This document shows positions 39,692 to 51,712 of a stretch of 64,000 nucleotides of DNA, piece after piece. The stretch is from Tricharina praecox (lineage: Eukaryota): positions 186,001 through 250,000 of the forward strand of contig NW_026250422.1 of assembly GCF_024521635.1 (NCBI RefSeq). The letters are read 5' to 3'. Position 1 is the stretch's first letter, and each line of letters starts with the position of its first letter. The notes beneath the pieces are model-generated. The model was not told the origin of the DNA and made no database searches. It worked only from the letters and a program-made list of their open reading frames with translations. The position numbers and the translations under genes were made by a program.

Positions 39692-40514
39692 CTAGTTTCC
39701 ATTCGGCTTTGACGCGGATTTCTTCGACTCCGCCTCGGCCGCGAGTCGGTCGTGCTCGTCGATGTCGGTAGCCTCCCAAGGGTAGCAGCACCACTCGTCG
39801 CCGACGGTCTCGGCGGCCAAATACCTGCCCTCCCTCATCATGTCCTCGGGGAGCACACCCTTCTTGTCCTTATTCTTGTTCTGCTCACGTCAGCCGCGAC
39901 ACATACCCACCCACCTCCCCCGTGAAGAAAAAACCTACATGCAGCACAAAGACGAAGAACCTGGTCTCCTCGCCCTTGCGGCCCATCTTCTCAGCGGCCA
40001 TCTCGACATCCTTCTGCAGCTCTTGGACGGCGTACTGCAGCGTAGTGCGGGTGTCGTCGACCTCGTCGACAATGAGGATGTTCCGTCCGACCAGGTCCGA
40101 ATTCTTGACGGCGCTGAAGTCCAGCCACTGTGTGCGCGTCACCGTGTGCCCCGCCTTCTCCTCGGGCCCCGATGAGGAGCTGTTGCCCGTCGAAAGCTTC
40201 TCGTACAGCGACAGCCCGATCGCTTGGATCGGAATGTTCGCGCTGTCTTTGGTCTTCAGGAACGAGCGCAGGATGCGCGCTGGAACGTAGCCGCCACCGC
40301 CGATGCTAATACGGTCAGGCCTGGAGGAGGGAATGGGGGAGCAAGGGGGCCAAACGCGATCATGAGGCTGGGCTTGAACTCATTCAGGATCTTTTGGGCG
40401 GACTCCTGGCAGAGCTTGTGGACCTGTCGTGGTGTCAGCCATAGCGGTCCCACATTTCAGCCGCTGGGGGGAGAGACGAACCTGGTTGTAGGTGATGTAC
40501 TTGCGCTGCACCAT
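39692..40514 (-). CDS. Xanthine/hypoxanthine-guanine phosphoribosyltransferase (yeast XPT1/HPT1 family), 4 exons
   Basis: KYITYNQVHKLCQESA, IAIGGGGYVPARILRSFLK, NIPIQAIGLSLYE, TRTQWLD, PRPP motif ILIVDEVDDTRTTL, FVLHNKNK, WCCYPWEATDIDEH. Confidence 0.93.
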
Positions 40515-41692
40515 TCTGTCTGTAGATATCCTATCTGGCGGTCTGGGTGTATATTCTTTATTCCGTCGCGGCGGTGAGCGTACGTGTGATGGATGAGTGA
40601 AGCAGAAGAGTGCGGGGTGGTATGTGGGTTCTTAAGATGGCGAGAGGCGAAGTGGGGGCCAGAAGAGGTAGGTTTACGAGGTGTTAGCCTGGCGGCCAGT
40701 GGTTGTCTTGTTACGAAACACGCACCAGCGAACGGAACTAGGGCGGCTTCTAAGACGTCGCCGCTGGGGATCACGGCGAACTCCGATGAGGGTACATGTG
40801 ATGGAATGCGATGACGAGGCTGCTGACATTTCAACACGAGAATGGAGGGGGAGGAGGTTGACAGGAAGAGAAGAGCCATGATGAGAGCGGAGAAATGAAG
40901 TAGATTGCTCTGCATCTGTGGGGATGTTACTTTGGTGGGGGCGTTGCGCAAAGAGACACCAGCAATTCATCGGGTGCGGCCCGTCACTTTAGATTCTGGG
41001 ACGCAGAACTGTGGAAGCATCATAGTCAACTATTTCATAGATGCTACAGAGAGTAGTAGAGATCCATTCCGAACGCTGCAAGCTACCACCACGCAAACGA
41101 AGGGGAAATGGATCGAGTATAAACAGAGGGGAATTTCCTCTCGCTCTGCGGCTCTAGTTATGGGGAAGGAACGCAGGGAAAGAGCGGTGAGCGCATCATA
41201 CAGTCCCAGAAAAATAGCGCCAGTCACTTCGCTCGGAGGGCTTCAGATTCCAATCGAATAATCCCACTTATGAAACGAGCATCTCCAGTACAATCCTCAT
41301 CTGAGATGAGATCTCTGTACTCTGTCTTCGTTTCGCCAAGCTTCACGTGCAGCGCTGTGGACGAGTCCCTGCGCGTGGAACTGCGCGTGGAACTGCGCGT
41401 GGAACCACGCCATGGTTATGTAGAATTAGAATTCAAGAATTATGTATTTCCAGCGTTCCAGAAAACAAAGAACGCTCTCCAATACTTCTAGAAACACCGC
41501 AGACTGGCACATCTCATCTCATCTCGTAACTAGTAGCATCCCGCTCTATTATCACACAAGTAACCACCCACTGCTACCGGTACATGCTACATTCAAACTT
41601 TCTCATGGATATCATCTACATGCCAGCCAACCAACCAACGCTTCCCCGATAACAAAAGTCATAAATCAACACGATCCCGCCAACACCCACAC

Positions 41693-43274
41693 CTATAGGT
41701 TCGCCCTCGCCTTGAACACCGGGTTCGTCAACGGCGAGTACACAGTCTGGTTCAGGACGTCGCTGCCAGTGGTGACAGTGTGCACCTGCAGACCACGGGT
41801 ATCCACCAGATCGGGCGTCAACTCCGCCACGGTCCTGGCGCCGATCAACCGCATGTTCATCTCGAACTCGTCCTTGAGCAGCTGGATGGCTCTGCAGACA
41901 CCGGGTTCTCCGTACGAGCTCATGGCGTACAAGAATGGCCGGCCGATACCGACACCCTTCGCTCCGAGACACACCGCCTTGACCACGTCGGATGCTCGTC
42001 GAACTCCTCCGTCAACGTAGATCTCGATCTTGTCTTGCCAGTTCCGCGAGCGCAGCTCGGCCATTACCTCCGCCAGCAGCTCGATTCCGGTGGGCGCCGT
42101 GTCTAGTTGTCGTCCACCGTGGTTGGAGAGAACGACGGCGTGCATGCCGTGCTCCACCGCCTTCATCACATCGTCGACACGCTGCACGCCCTTCAGCACG
42201 ACGGGCATCTTCGTGATCTTCTGGAAGAACGGGATGTCCTTCCAGCTCAGGCTCGGGTCGATGAACGAGGAGATGGCGCGGGCGGCACCCTGCGACCGAT
42301 CGATCGAATCGCCCTCGCCGGCCTTCTGCACGTCACTGCCGTCGTCCGAGAACTTGGAACGCATGTCCTTCTCCCTCCGTCCGAGCTGTGGCGCGTCAAC
42401 GGTGATGAAGAGACCCTTACAGCCGCGCTGCTCGGCGTGCTTGACGATGCGCGCGGTGATGTCGCGGTCCTTGTTGACGTACAGCTGGAACCACTGCGTC
42501 TGCTTTCCGTCGGCGGCGTCGACGATTTCGTCGAACGAGCAGGACGCTAGTGTAGGGATCATCTGAATGATGCCGTGCTTCGCGGCGGCCTTGGTGAGCA
42601 CCGTTTCTCCGTCGGGATGTCCCAGCTTTCCGAGCGCCGTGGCAGTGATGTAGAATGGGATATCGCACTTGGAGCCCAGCATGGTGGTCGACATGTCGAC
42701 ATGCTGCACGTCGATCAAGATCTTTGGTCTGAACCAGATCTTGTGGAACGCAGTCCGGTTCTCCCGCATTGTGATCTCGTCGTCCGCACCGGACGAGTAG
42801 TAGCCCCACGCGGTTCGCTTCATGACCTGTTTCGCCACGTACTCGAAGTCCGACAAGTTGTAGCACTGCTCGAGCGCGGGCATGTGCTTAATCCGCTCCT
42901 GCCGCGCCGCCTCGTCGGGGTCCACCTGCTTCTCCTCAATGTTGACCGTGCTCATGTCGACCTTGCCCAGGTGGAACTTCTTGTCGAGGTACTTGTCGAG
43001 TGTGTCTGGAGGGTGGATCGGCTCGAATTCTTCGGTCGCGTCTTTGCCGGCATATTTTAGGATGATTTTGGATCCTCCGGGACTGTTTATCGTCTGTCAG
43101 TGCTCTCTCTCTCTCTCATCTCTCCCTTCACACGCACACACGCTCAAGGGACGGGGGGAAGACAAACTGTTCTGGTAGGAATTCGGTGACATCATAAGCC
43201 TTTCCGTGGACGATGACCCAACACGACTCCTTGGTGTTATGGTTCGCTATGTCGACTCCCGTTAATTTAGCCAT
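41693..43274 (-). CDS. Flavocytochrome b2-like FMN-dependent alpha-hydroxy-acid (L-lactate) dehydrogenase with a cytochrome b5 domain, 2 exons
   Basis: b5 domain [23 protein letters not shown] (intron inside the His codon), [71 protein letters not shown]. Confidence 0.93.
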
Positions 43275-46200
43275 TGTATCTGTATCTGTATCTGTTTTTC
43301 TTCCTTTCCTTCTTGATCTTTCTCTGTTGGTCGTGCGTTCGTGTAGGTGCAAGTAGTGGGCGAGCTGTCAGGTTTTATCAAGCAAGAGTTGTTGACCGCC
43401 GCGTCCAATGCGCCGGGAAAGCTGCACGGTTCATATATCTCGCCTCGGTTGATGGGAAGCCCGCGCTAACTCTCCCTGGCCCAGTGTGGAGGAATGCGGA
43501 GTAGTATTTGCGCGAAAAAAACGGGGGCCGGTGGGAACCACCGGCACCTCCGGCTGGAACTGTGCCGATCCACACTGTGGGCAACTGTGCAATCGCTGCC
43601 TGCCTGCAACGCTGCTGACGAAAGTCATATCTGGCTTTATCTAGTGGGTAACTACTGTAGAGTACCTGGACAGATACCGGTAACTCGGATGCGGAGTGAG
43701 ACGCCGAGTGCACACTGGATACCCGACGGTGACCATTGAGGAATTGGTCCCCGTAATGGGACTGAAAGTCTGAAAGTGGATAACAGCAATAGGTACCGAC
43801 TCCCGAGGATAACTAGAGGAATCGCATTCGCCACATCCCCTCGTCCGTGCCACAGTTACATATGTACCGGTATCCCCATCTGCCCCGGCTTCGTTCACTG
43901 TTCACATGGAGAACGCCACTACTTTCATATGTAGCACTTGGTGATCGACATGACAAACGACCGGACGGCGGGAAGCTAACGGCTGCTCAGTAACGGATGA
44001 GATTCGCGGGGTTGGCTAGCTCCGTCTAGGCCCTTCCCGGGGCGAGCGGGCGGTGTTCAAAGTCCGGGCCAGAGGAGGATGAGGATGATGAGGAGGAGGT
44101 TTCCCCGTGGGGAAGATGGCCCACTGTAAAGTCCTCTAGAGGGGCTGGTGGTGGGGGTGGGGAGTTATCGGGGTGGCCGACGAGGACGAGGACGAGGGGA
44201 TCTTTATTTATGCGGCCGGGCAGATGTGGGGTCGGGATGGGTACAAATGCATATAAAGCGATTCGATTTGTCGACCGCACCGTGGGACCGGCCAAGTGCC
44301 AAAAGCAAATGCACATCAGACATGTTGACGGCTGCAGAAAGAATAAAGCCTGAAGGAGGCGAAGGGAGGGAAGTCCCCATTTGAAAAAGGATGAGGGGTT
44401 CTACCCATTCTAGCGCCCACATGCGTTCCTCACGAGCCAGTTCGGAACAGCGGACGGGCAGCGTTCATGAGCTCGCCGACGATGCCTTCACGCCCGTACA
44501 TAGGCCACTATATACCCCTCTTAGGAAATGTCAAATCTACGTCAGCTCTCCCTACCGTGTTACTCTTGTTGGCAAACGTTGGGGGTCTGTACTGGTACAG
44601 TGTATGCACCTTCATCTGAACCCAGCCACAGCCTTCATCGCGGCCTTACTTTCTCTACGTACAGCCTAGAGACCGACAGATTGTGGGAATTCCACGGGCC
44701 GTTTCGCTCTGCCTCTGCGCGGCCAACCTCCATCGCACCCGATTTCGCCGTCGCCGTCGAAGCTCATTGGTGTTTCTCGCGAATAGGTATCCTGCAATGA
44801 CTCGATCGCTTCGAGTCCTATCATCTATGTCGGAAGCTCATGTTGACGATGCGTCGGAGCTGTGCGAATACCTATCGGCTTCATACATCCGGTACCTATC
44901 ATAGGTAGCTTCCGAATGTTATCGCACGGTCTTGGAGGTTATCCAACCCAAACTGGGATGAATGAGAACTACGAGCAGGTACAAGAGTGATAGATATCTT
45001 GAGCCTGGGGACTCGCTGGGTCAAGGCTCACTAGGTACATATGACTTTCTCCGACTCACAGACTCGGACGTTTCCTGCGGAATTCACTCGTCAACTACAT
45101 AACCATCAGTATCTGGATACATACGAGAACGATATCACTTGGACTTCTTAGTGAGCATACGTACTCACAATGTTTCGGTTGACCTATGACCGGTCTAAGG
45201 ACCACAAAGCCCACAGAGCCCTTCTGACTGCATCCTCCAGACTCCATCACCGCATTCCGATGAATGACGGGATAGGTACGGCAGTTCGGCACAGGAGCCG
45301 CTCTGCCTCTTCCGCATTGCCGAAACCCAAGAGCACCTTGGATGAACTTCTTGAAGAGCTCATGTCCCGAGATAGTAACGGCACCCGCAGAAGCCGCTTC
45401 ATCCGCACGCTCGGCTGCCTTCCGCGTTGTCCAGTGCGTATGAGCCGGCGCTCAAGCTGCCATGTCAGGACTAGCACTGAAGCATTTGGGCAACCCGAAG
45501 AGGCATTCAGTTGTGGCGTTGGCGCGGACGTACATACTGCTTGCTATGTATGAGCTCGGCCAAATAACTTCTTCATACATACCGGCAATTGGGTGTTCTC
45601 CTTTCTTCCGATCCCAAAACACCATACAGGGCGGATTTTCCGGGTGGAAGGCGATATCAGTGATATTGCTGGTGCTTGGTGTCCATGCTATCCTATAAGC
45701 CGTCGAGATATGTAGCGACGGTCCCGGTCATGCTCTGCAGCTGCTCGCATAGCTCGTCAGTCTTGCTTCGAAATTCGAATGTATTCGGTTCGGATCAGGC
45801 CAGGGCCCGTAGAGCTGATGCATCGAACTGGATTGGTCATCAACTCGTTCCGAATACGAAATAGTATTCCCATTCCTTCTATGTAGTCCTCATATAGGGG
45901 GGAGGGGGGGCTTTACACGGTAGATGCACCGAACTTTGCCCGTCACCATTCACCACCTTTGTGTTCATCTGAGATTTTGATGAACCGTCGAATAAGTCAT
46001 CCAACGATAAATTGAATTCATTACTTGCAGACTAAGAAACATCCATTCGCCTTGGAATCCGAAGACGGCGCAAGCTTGAAGGTCCGTGTTGGCCTTCAAT
46101 CCGAGTAATGACCGTATATAGACGTAGATCTTCGGTCCCAGAAGCTAGTTAGTGCCGATTCAATGTCAAGAACCAGTAAATCGCGTGGATATGTACCTCA

Positions 46201-49016
46201 GCATGGCTCTCGCCCAGTCTGTGACCGCTTGGACTACGTACCGTATCGTCTGGCACTAGATCTGCTGAGAACATCGTCGGCATTGCACTTCGGTAGTCGA
46301 GTCTTTCTCCAACGCTGCATTCCAAGAGGAGGCCCGGAGGTATGTAGACGGGGCGGTGTAGGTTTTCATCGGTTTTAACTTTTCGCGCCTGGGCTTTTGC
46401 TCCCCCAGCTGCTTATGATACGGCAACCCGCGCTTATACTTCGAGTGTCGCGAGGTTATTCGCCGCCGAGTGGTGATGACGAAAGACGTATGGTTGAGCC
46501 ATGAAGGGTGGCTAATCAAATGCTGTCGTTGTGGCTGTTGATCGAGAGAGAATGGGAACGGCAGTGGGTTCTCTGAATCACCACGGATATACTACTATTG
46601 TAGCTCCGCGCACCAGCGGTTGACCCAGAACTTGAATTTGTACTTCCAACTGCAATACATAGCGTGCAGCTCACACGCCGCCGGCCGGACGACTGCTTCG
46701 TCGAGCCTTCGGCGAGCCAAGACACGCTCTCGAAGGATTTGCACAGGGGTTTGTGGTTCCCCCACGTGGGCGTGGCTCTAAGCGAAAGTTTATCTTTCAA
46801 GTTTCCACCCGGGGAGTCGGGACACTGGCATTTCCGATACCGTACCAACTACGGGGGCTGTAGGTGTTTGAGGTGCCACCAGCACCACCAGTCAACCGCG
46901 TCGTATCCCCCCAGAAAGCTGAGGCTTCTCCGATCGATTCATGTTCCAGCCCGGTCGACGTCCCGACTTCCGACTGCAGGCCTGACTCACCACCACGCGA
47001 TCCGACTCACAGTCAACCAGGGTCGAGTCGTAAATTGGAAGAACGACTGGATGACTGAAGCTCGGCAAGCATGTGCTCCGTCCGCTCAGTCATTAGCACC
47101 CCCCGCTGGATGAAGTGTCCCAGTCAACTGATACCGGCACCTAGACGGGACAGTGATTAGCGCCGACAGCCGCTATTGAACCTATGGCGTACCAAGGCCC
47201 GACAGACGCCCGCGGTATCTGGGGACAACTAGGGACGCCTGGACCTCGAAGTCGGGATCGATCCGAGGCAGTACCGGTACCTATACCGATATGTACTGTA
47301 AATTCGTGCCAACCCGCTTTGCAGGTCTTACATTCTACATAACTACCGGTATCAGAGCAGGAAAGCTGGCTTCGTTGAACGCTGCCTTGGGAAGGAGCTG
47401 CGTCGGTGGGAAACACTGGTATTCGGGTCCAATCCCACTGCACTCCCGGTTTAACCCGACATTAACGATTCACCGTCAGTCTCCCAGGCAGATCACCGCC
47501 GACCAAGGCCCGTTTCGCAAAGTGCGGGACATCCGGTCAGGGAGACGGCGTGTGGGCATCATGCGAATCCAGACGCCTAATATCTACCACACGGTAGGTA
47601 GTCACAATCGCCATCCTCCTTCATTGTGACCAATCCTTCACCGGAGTTATTCACATACATACAACCGTGACAGAGATCGGGATCCTCAAGCGAAAGCAGT
47701 GGTGACCTACTAGGTGGTAAGTTTTCCGGAGGATTTTGATAGGGCGTTTACTCATGTCACGCATCATAGGTAGATGGTTTCTGTTGAGCCCAGCGCACGG
47801 GAGGACTCACTGCAGCACATCTTTGAATACTCTCGGCGGCAAGTGGCGTCCAACTTTACAGCCTTCTTATGTATTCCTGTGGCAATCGGGGACGTATCTC
47901 GCGTGATTCACTCAAATGTTGCGAGACCGGACGAGACTGCACCGCACGCTGACCGGCGCCACAGCCGACGATAGCCATCGCGTATCAGATGTCCTCGATT
48001 GACTAGGTGGGTAGGTGAATGGCTTCCACACGACTTGGAGTGATCCCGGAATCTGTTGCTGTGAAAGAAGGGGAAAGAGGAGACATGTAGGCGGCTAGAT
48101 AATCGCGAAATCAAGACTGTCTTTAGCACGGCGGCAAGAGCGAACGCGAAGCGCAGTGTGCCACTGTGGCTTGTGCTTGAGCTCCACTCGCTCCATCACT
48201 CGCCTGTCTCATCATGTCTTGCAGCTTACGTCCTGTCTGCCTGGTCATCGGGAACGGCGGCTTGTTCCGCACACAAGCCCCCCCTTCTCCCCTCCCATGC
48301 ACGTATGGATGCCATGCATCATCGGCATCATAATCAGCTCGCAAGTGACAGAGTGCCCCATCTGGCCTCGCCTCGTGATGCAAGTAGGCTCAACGGTGAG
48401 GGTACTCTAGAAACAGCTTTTGAGTTGCTGTGCGTGTGGACACCCGTATTTATGTCCTGACTTTTGTTCCGTTTCTCAGCTTTGTACCGCCTCCTTCCCC
48501 TCCTCTTCTCCTTCTCCTATTCTTTGCGACTGAAATTTCCTCCCAGTCTCATCTCCTGTCGTGGTCCAGTAAAGTGCGTAGAGCAGTTGTGTCGCAGTTG
48601 TGGTTCCGCGGTTGCTGACCCTTATCTCCTTGTCGTTACCAACAGCGGCACTAGTTACTGCCCTCCCCCCCAAACGCCCACCACCAACCGCCGCCGCCTC
48701 CGCCACCTTTAGACCTTCCCCCTCCCATCCAACGACCAGCGACCAGCCAAGCTGCCCCTCGACCACAGCAGCTCGGAATAAGTAAAGTTGAGTTTCTACC
48801 ACTTCAACTTTTTCTTCAACGCGACTTCCCGTCACCGATCCACGAACGAAACGACACGCTCTCCTCCCCAACTTCGCACCACCCCCCACTCCCGCGCTCA
48901 TCCCGTCGCCTCCTCTCCCGGGTCACCGTCAACGTTATAGATCTACTAGAGATAGATCTGTCAACCTACACTTGTCGCAGCAACATCAACACCATAGCGA
49001 CGATCCAACAGCGCCT

Positions 49017-50168
49017 ATGAGTCTCGAGGCAAAACTAGTCGTCCTTGGAACCCAAGGTGCGTTCGGACCACTCGTTCGCTGACTGCACAGTGCGCTCGAC
49101 CTCCGTAGGGTTGGGCACGGGCTTCGTGTAGCTCGTTCTGCACCCCGGGGGCTTCTTTGTCACGATCTTCGAACTGACGGGGATTTGTCTACAGGTGTGG
49201 GAAAGACTTCGCTTGTAGTCAGGTAAGAAAAAAAACTGCGCTCGATTCCTCGCTTTCGTCCAAACTCTAGCTTACGCTTTCTCGCCTCCAGATATGTCAA
49301 GAATACATTCGACCCGGCGTCGGCGTCGACAATAGGTGCCAGTTTTCTGGCAAAGAAAGTGGTTGTGGACGATTGTCTTGTCAGGTTGCAGGTATGACCT
49401 TGAGTTGGTGTCGGAGCTGTGACGAATTGCTGGAACTGACTCGGTGCTACTACTAGATTTGGGTACGCGCTTTTTCCTTCGATTATCGGCATAGCAAAGG
49501 TGGCTAAAGATCTCGCGCGCGCAGGATACGGCTGGACAGGAGCGATACCGTAGCATATCGAAGCTCTACTATAGGTCCGCCAATTGTGGTACCTACCCCC
49601 AATCTTCGTTTCATCTTCAATGGAAGCTAACTGCAGCAGGAATTCTCTGCTACGACATCACTTCAGAAGCCTCATTCCTCGCCATGCACTCATGGTACGT
49701 AACCTCTTTGAGCTCGTCCCCCCAATCTCCCCTCCCCCTCTAACGATAAGCAAAACCGTCTAAAGGCTTCTCGAACTCAAGAAAAACATCAACAATAATA
49801 TCATAATCCATATTGTCGGCACCAAGGCGGACCTAGTCAACGCGGACCCATCGAAGCGCGAGATTCCATTCGAGAGATGCGTTGCGTATGCCGCTGAGCA
49901 CCTGGGCGACAATGAAGGCCTCGGCTGGATGGATACGTGTCATGAAATCTCGGCCAGGGATGACACGGGAGTCGACGAGGTTTTCCACGTCATCGCTAGG
50001 AAACTAGTTGAGAGGCGTCAGGAGATCGAGAATGAGAGGCTGTATGGTCCGGCTGGCGGCAACGCCAGCAACGGCGGCGGCGGCAGTGGTGGTGGCAGGG
50101 GCGGAGCCCGCGAGGGCAACGTCGATGCGGCGCAGGAAACTGAGAGGAAGAAGGGCATGTGCTGTTGA
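49017..50168 (+). CDS. Atypical Rab GTPase (Rab5-group-related, fungal RabX-like), 7 exons
   Basis: Spliced [25 protein letters not shown]…STIGASF…[34 protein letters not shown]…IVGTKADL…EISAR…KKGMCC*. Includes a 6-nt exon at 49457-49462. Confidence 0.9.
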
Positions 50169-50794
50169 TGCGCATGACCGAACCAACGAACGACAGCGCT
50201 GTTGATGCGAACAAACGGCTTGTTACGATTTCATGAGGTATCACTGATAGTTCTGGGGTAAAATAAGGCTGGGTTCGGGGTTTTCCCTTTTCTTTTCATC
50301 GCTCTTCTTTCTGCTCTCCCTTAGCCTTTCCCGACTTGTCTCACACATCATCATGATGGTTGATGAAAGAGGAGGTAGGAGGAAGTAGATGGTTTTGCTG
50401 TGTTGTATTGATTGTGAGTTTGTTTGTCACATTAGCGATCGTCTCGTCTCTCTCTCGCAGCGGCGTCTTGCTTGGTGGATTTGGGGTTCAGTTCTGGCTC
50501 TGTCTGTGTTTTACAACGATCGTTTTCCCTGCAGAGGAGCGGAGGGGGGAGGGAGGAAAGTGCGGTAGATTTACTAGCTTTGTGGATTCAAGTGGAAGGG
50601 GCGTCTGTACTTTTGTTGGGCTTCTTTTTTTTCTTTCTCTGGCGGGATGGACGGATGGACGATATGAAGGATAAAATATAGCAATTGCTTCCCTTCTTTA
50701 TTCATCTAGGTATTCGTGTAAACATCTAGGTATTCGTGTAAACATTTCCCATACCATCGTATCAAGTATTTATCCACTCAGACCGCCGAGGCTT

Positions 50795-51336
50795 TTAACA
50801 ATCCAAGAAATCGGAAATGAACAGCAGCTCCAGCGCCAGCTCGGGCGTGATGAAGTCGGGCTCTGGAATCTCCTCCTTGGAACCCTTGTACTTTTCGTAG
50901 TGGTAGAAGTACTGGCACACCTTCTCCAAGATCGCGCCGCTATTTTGCATAAGCTCCTCGTCGTGGTAGTTTGGGGTAGGCTGTAGGACGTGAGGGTAGG
51001 GTACCTCATGTTCTGGAACACGATACGGTTCTCGATAGCTTCGGTGAAATTATCTATTTCCCACACCCGACCCGATCAGCAAGCTTCTCTCAACTATAAC
51101 TTTAATTTCAACTTCAACTTTGCCGGGTAGGTTTGAGTGTAGGTTTCAGTTTCGGTATGTGTGCGTATGTGGTGTGTGGTGGGGATGGGGGAGGAAGGGG
51201 GAAAAGCATGTATCATACTGCGCTTGTTCAACATTCCCTTGATGGCTGAGGACTTCATGGCGGCCGATTTGCGCACAATGAACTGGAAGCCGTCGTTGGA
51301 TTCAAGCAGGACGGTGGGGTTCTCGTTGTCTGCCAT
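50795..51336 (-). CDS. ELC1: Elongin C (SKP1/BTB fold), 3 exons
   Basis: VLLESNDGFQFIVRKSAAMKSSAIKGML, NFTEAIENRIVF, SGAILEKVCQYFYH…ITPELALELLFISDFLDC*. Confidence 0.92.
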
Positions 51337-51712
51337 TTTCTAGAGGGGGGTTTTCGTTTGTAGTTGTGGTTGTTTCGTGTGGATGGATGGAGGGGCGTGG
51401 AAGTGGTAGGTGGAGGTGGGGGAAGTGCCGCAAAGGTGGAGCTTGACGCGTGAATTTGCTGGGTACTGCGTGCTGCGTGCTGCGTGCTGGGCTGGAGCGC
51501 GTCAATGCAATCGACAAACACGTGATTTCAATGGGTCCCACCTATGATGCACAATGAGTCTTTAGCGCACCGCCGTGGCGAGCGACCCCACTACATATCC
51601 GGTGCTCCATCTGTCTGAGCTCCACCACATCCGCACACACATACACATACACACATATCCGCACGGCAAGGCAAAACAAGCACGCAAAGCAAGATAAGCA
51701 AGCACCAACACG

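Noticed and set aside
41371..41405. (GCGCGTGGAACT) x ~3
   Set aside because: Short local slippage duplication with no further structure.
50703..50745. Perfect 20-bp tandem duplication CATCTAGGTATTCGTGTAAA between the Rab and ELC1 3' ends
   Set aside because: A single duplication; no associated element ends found.
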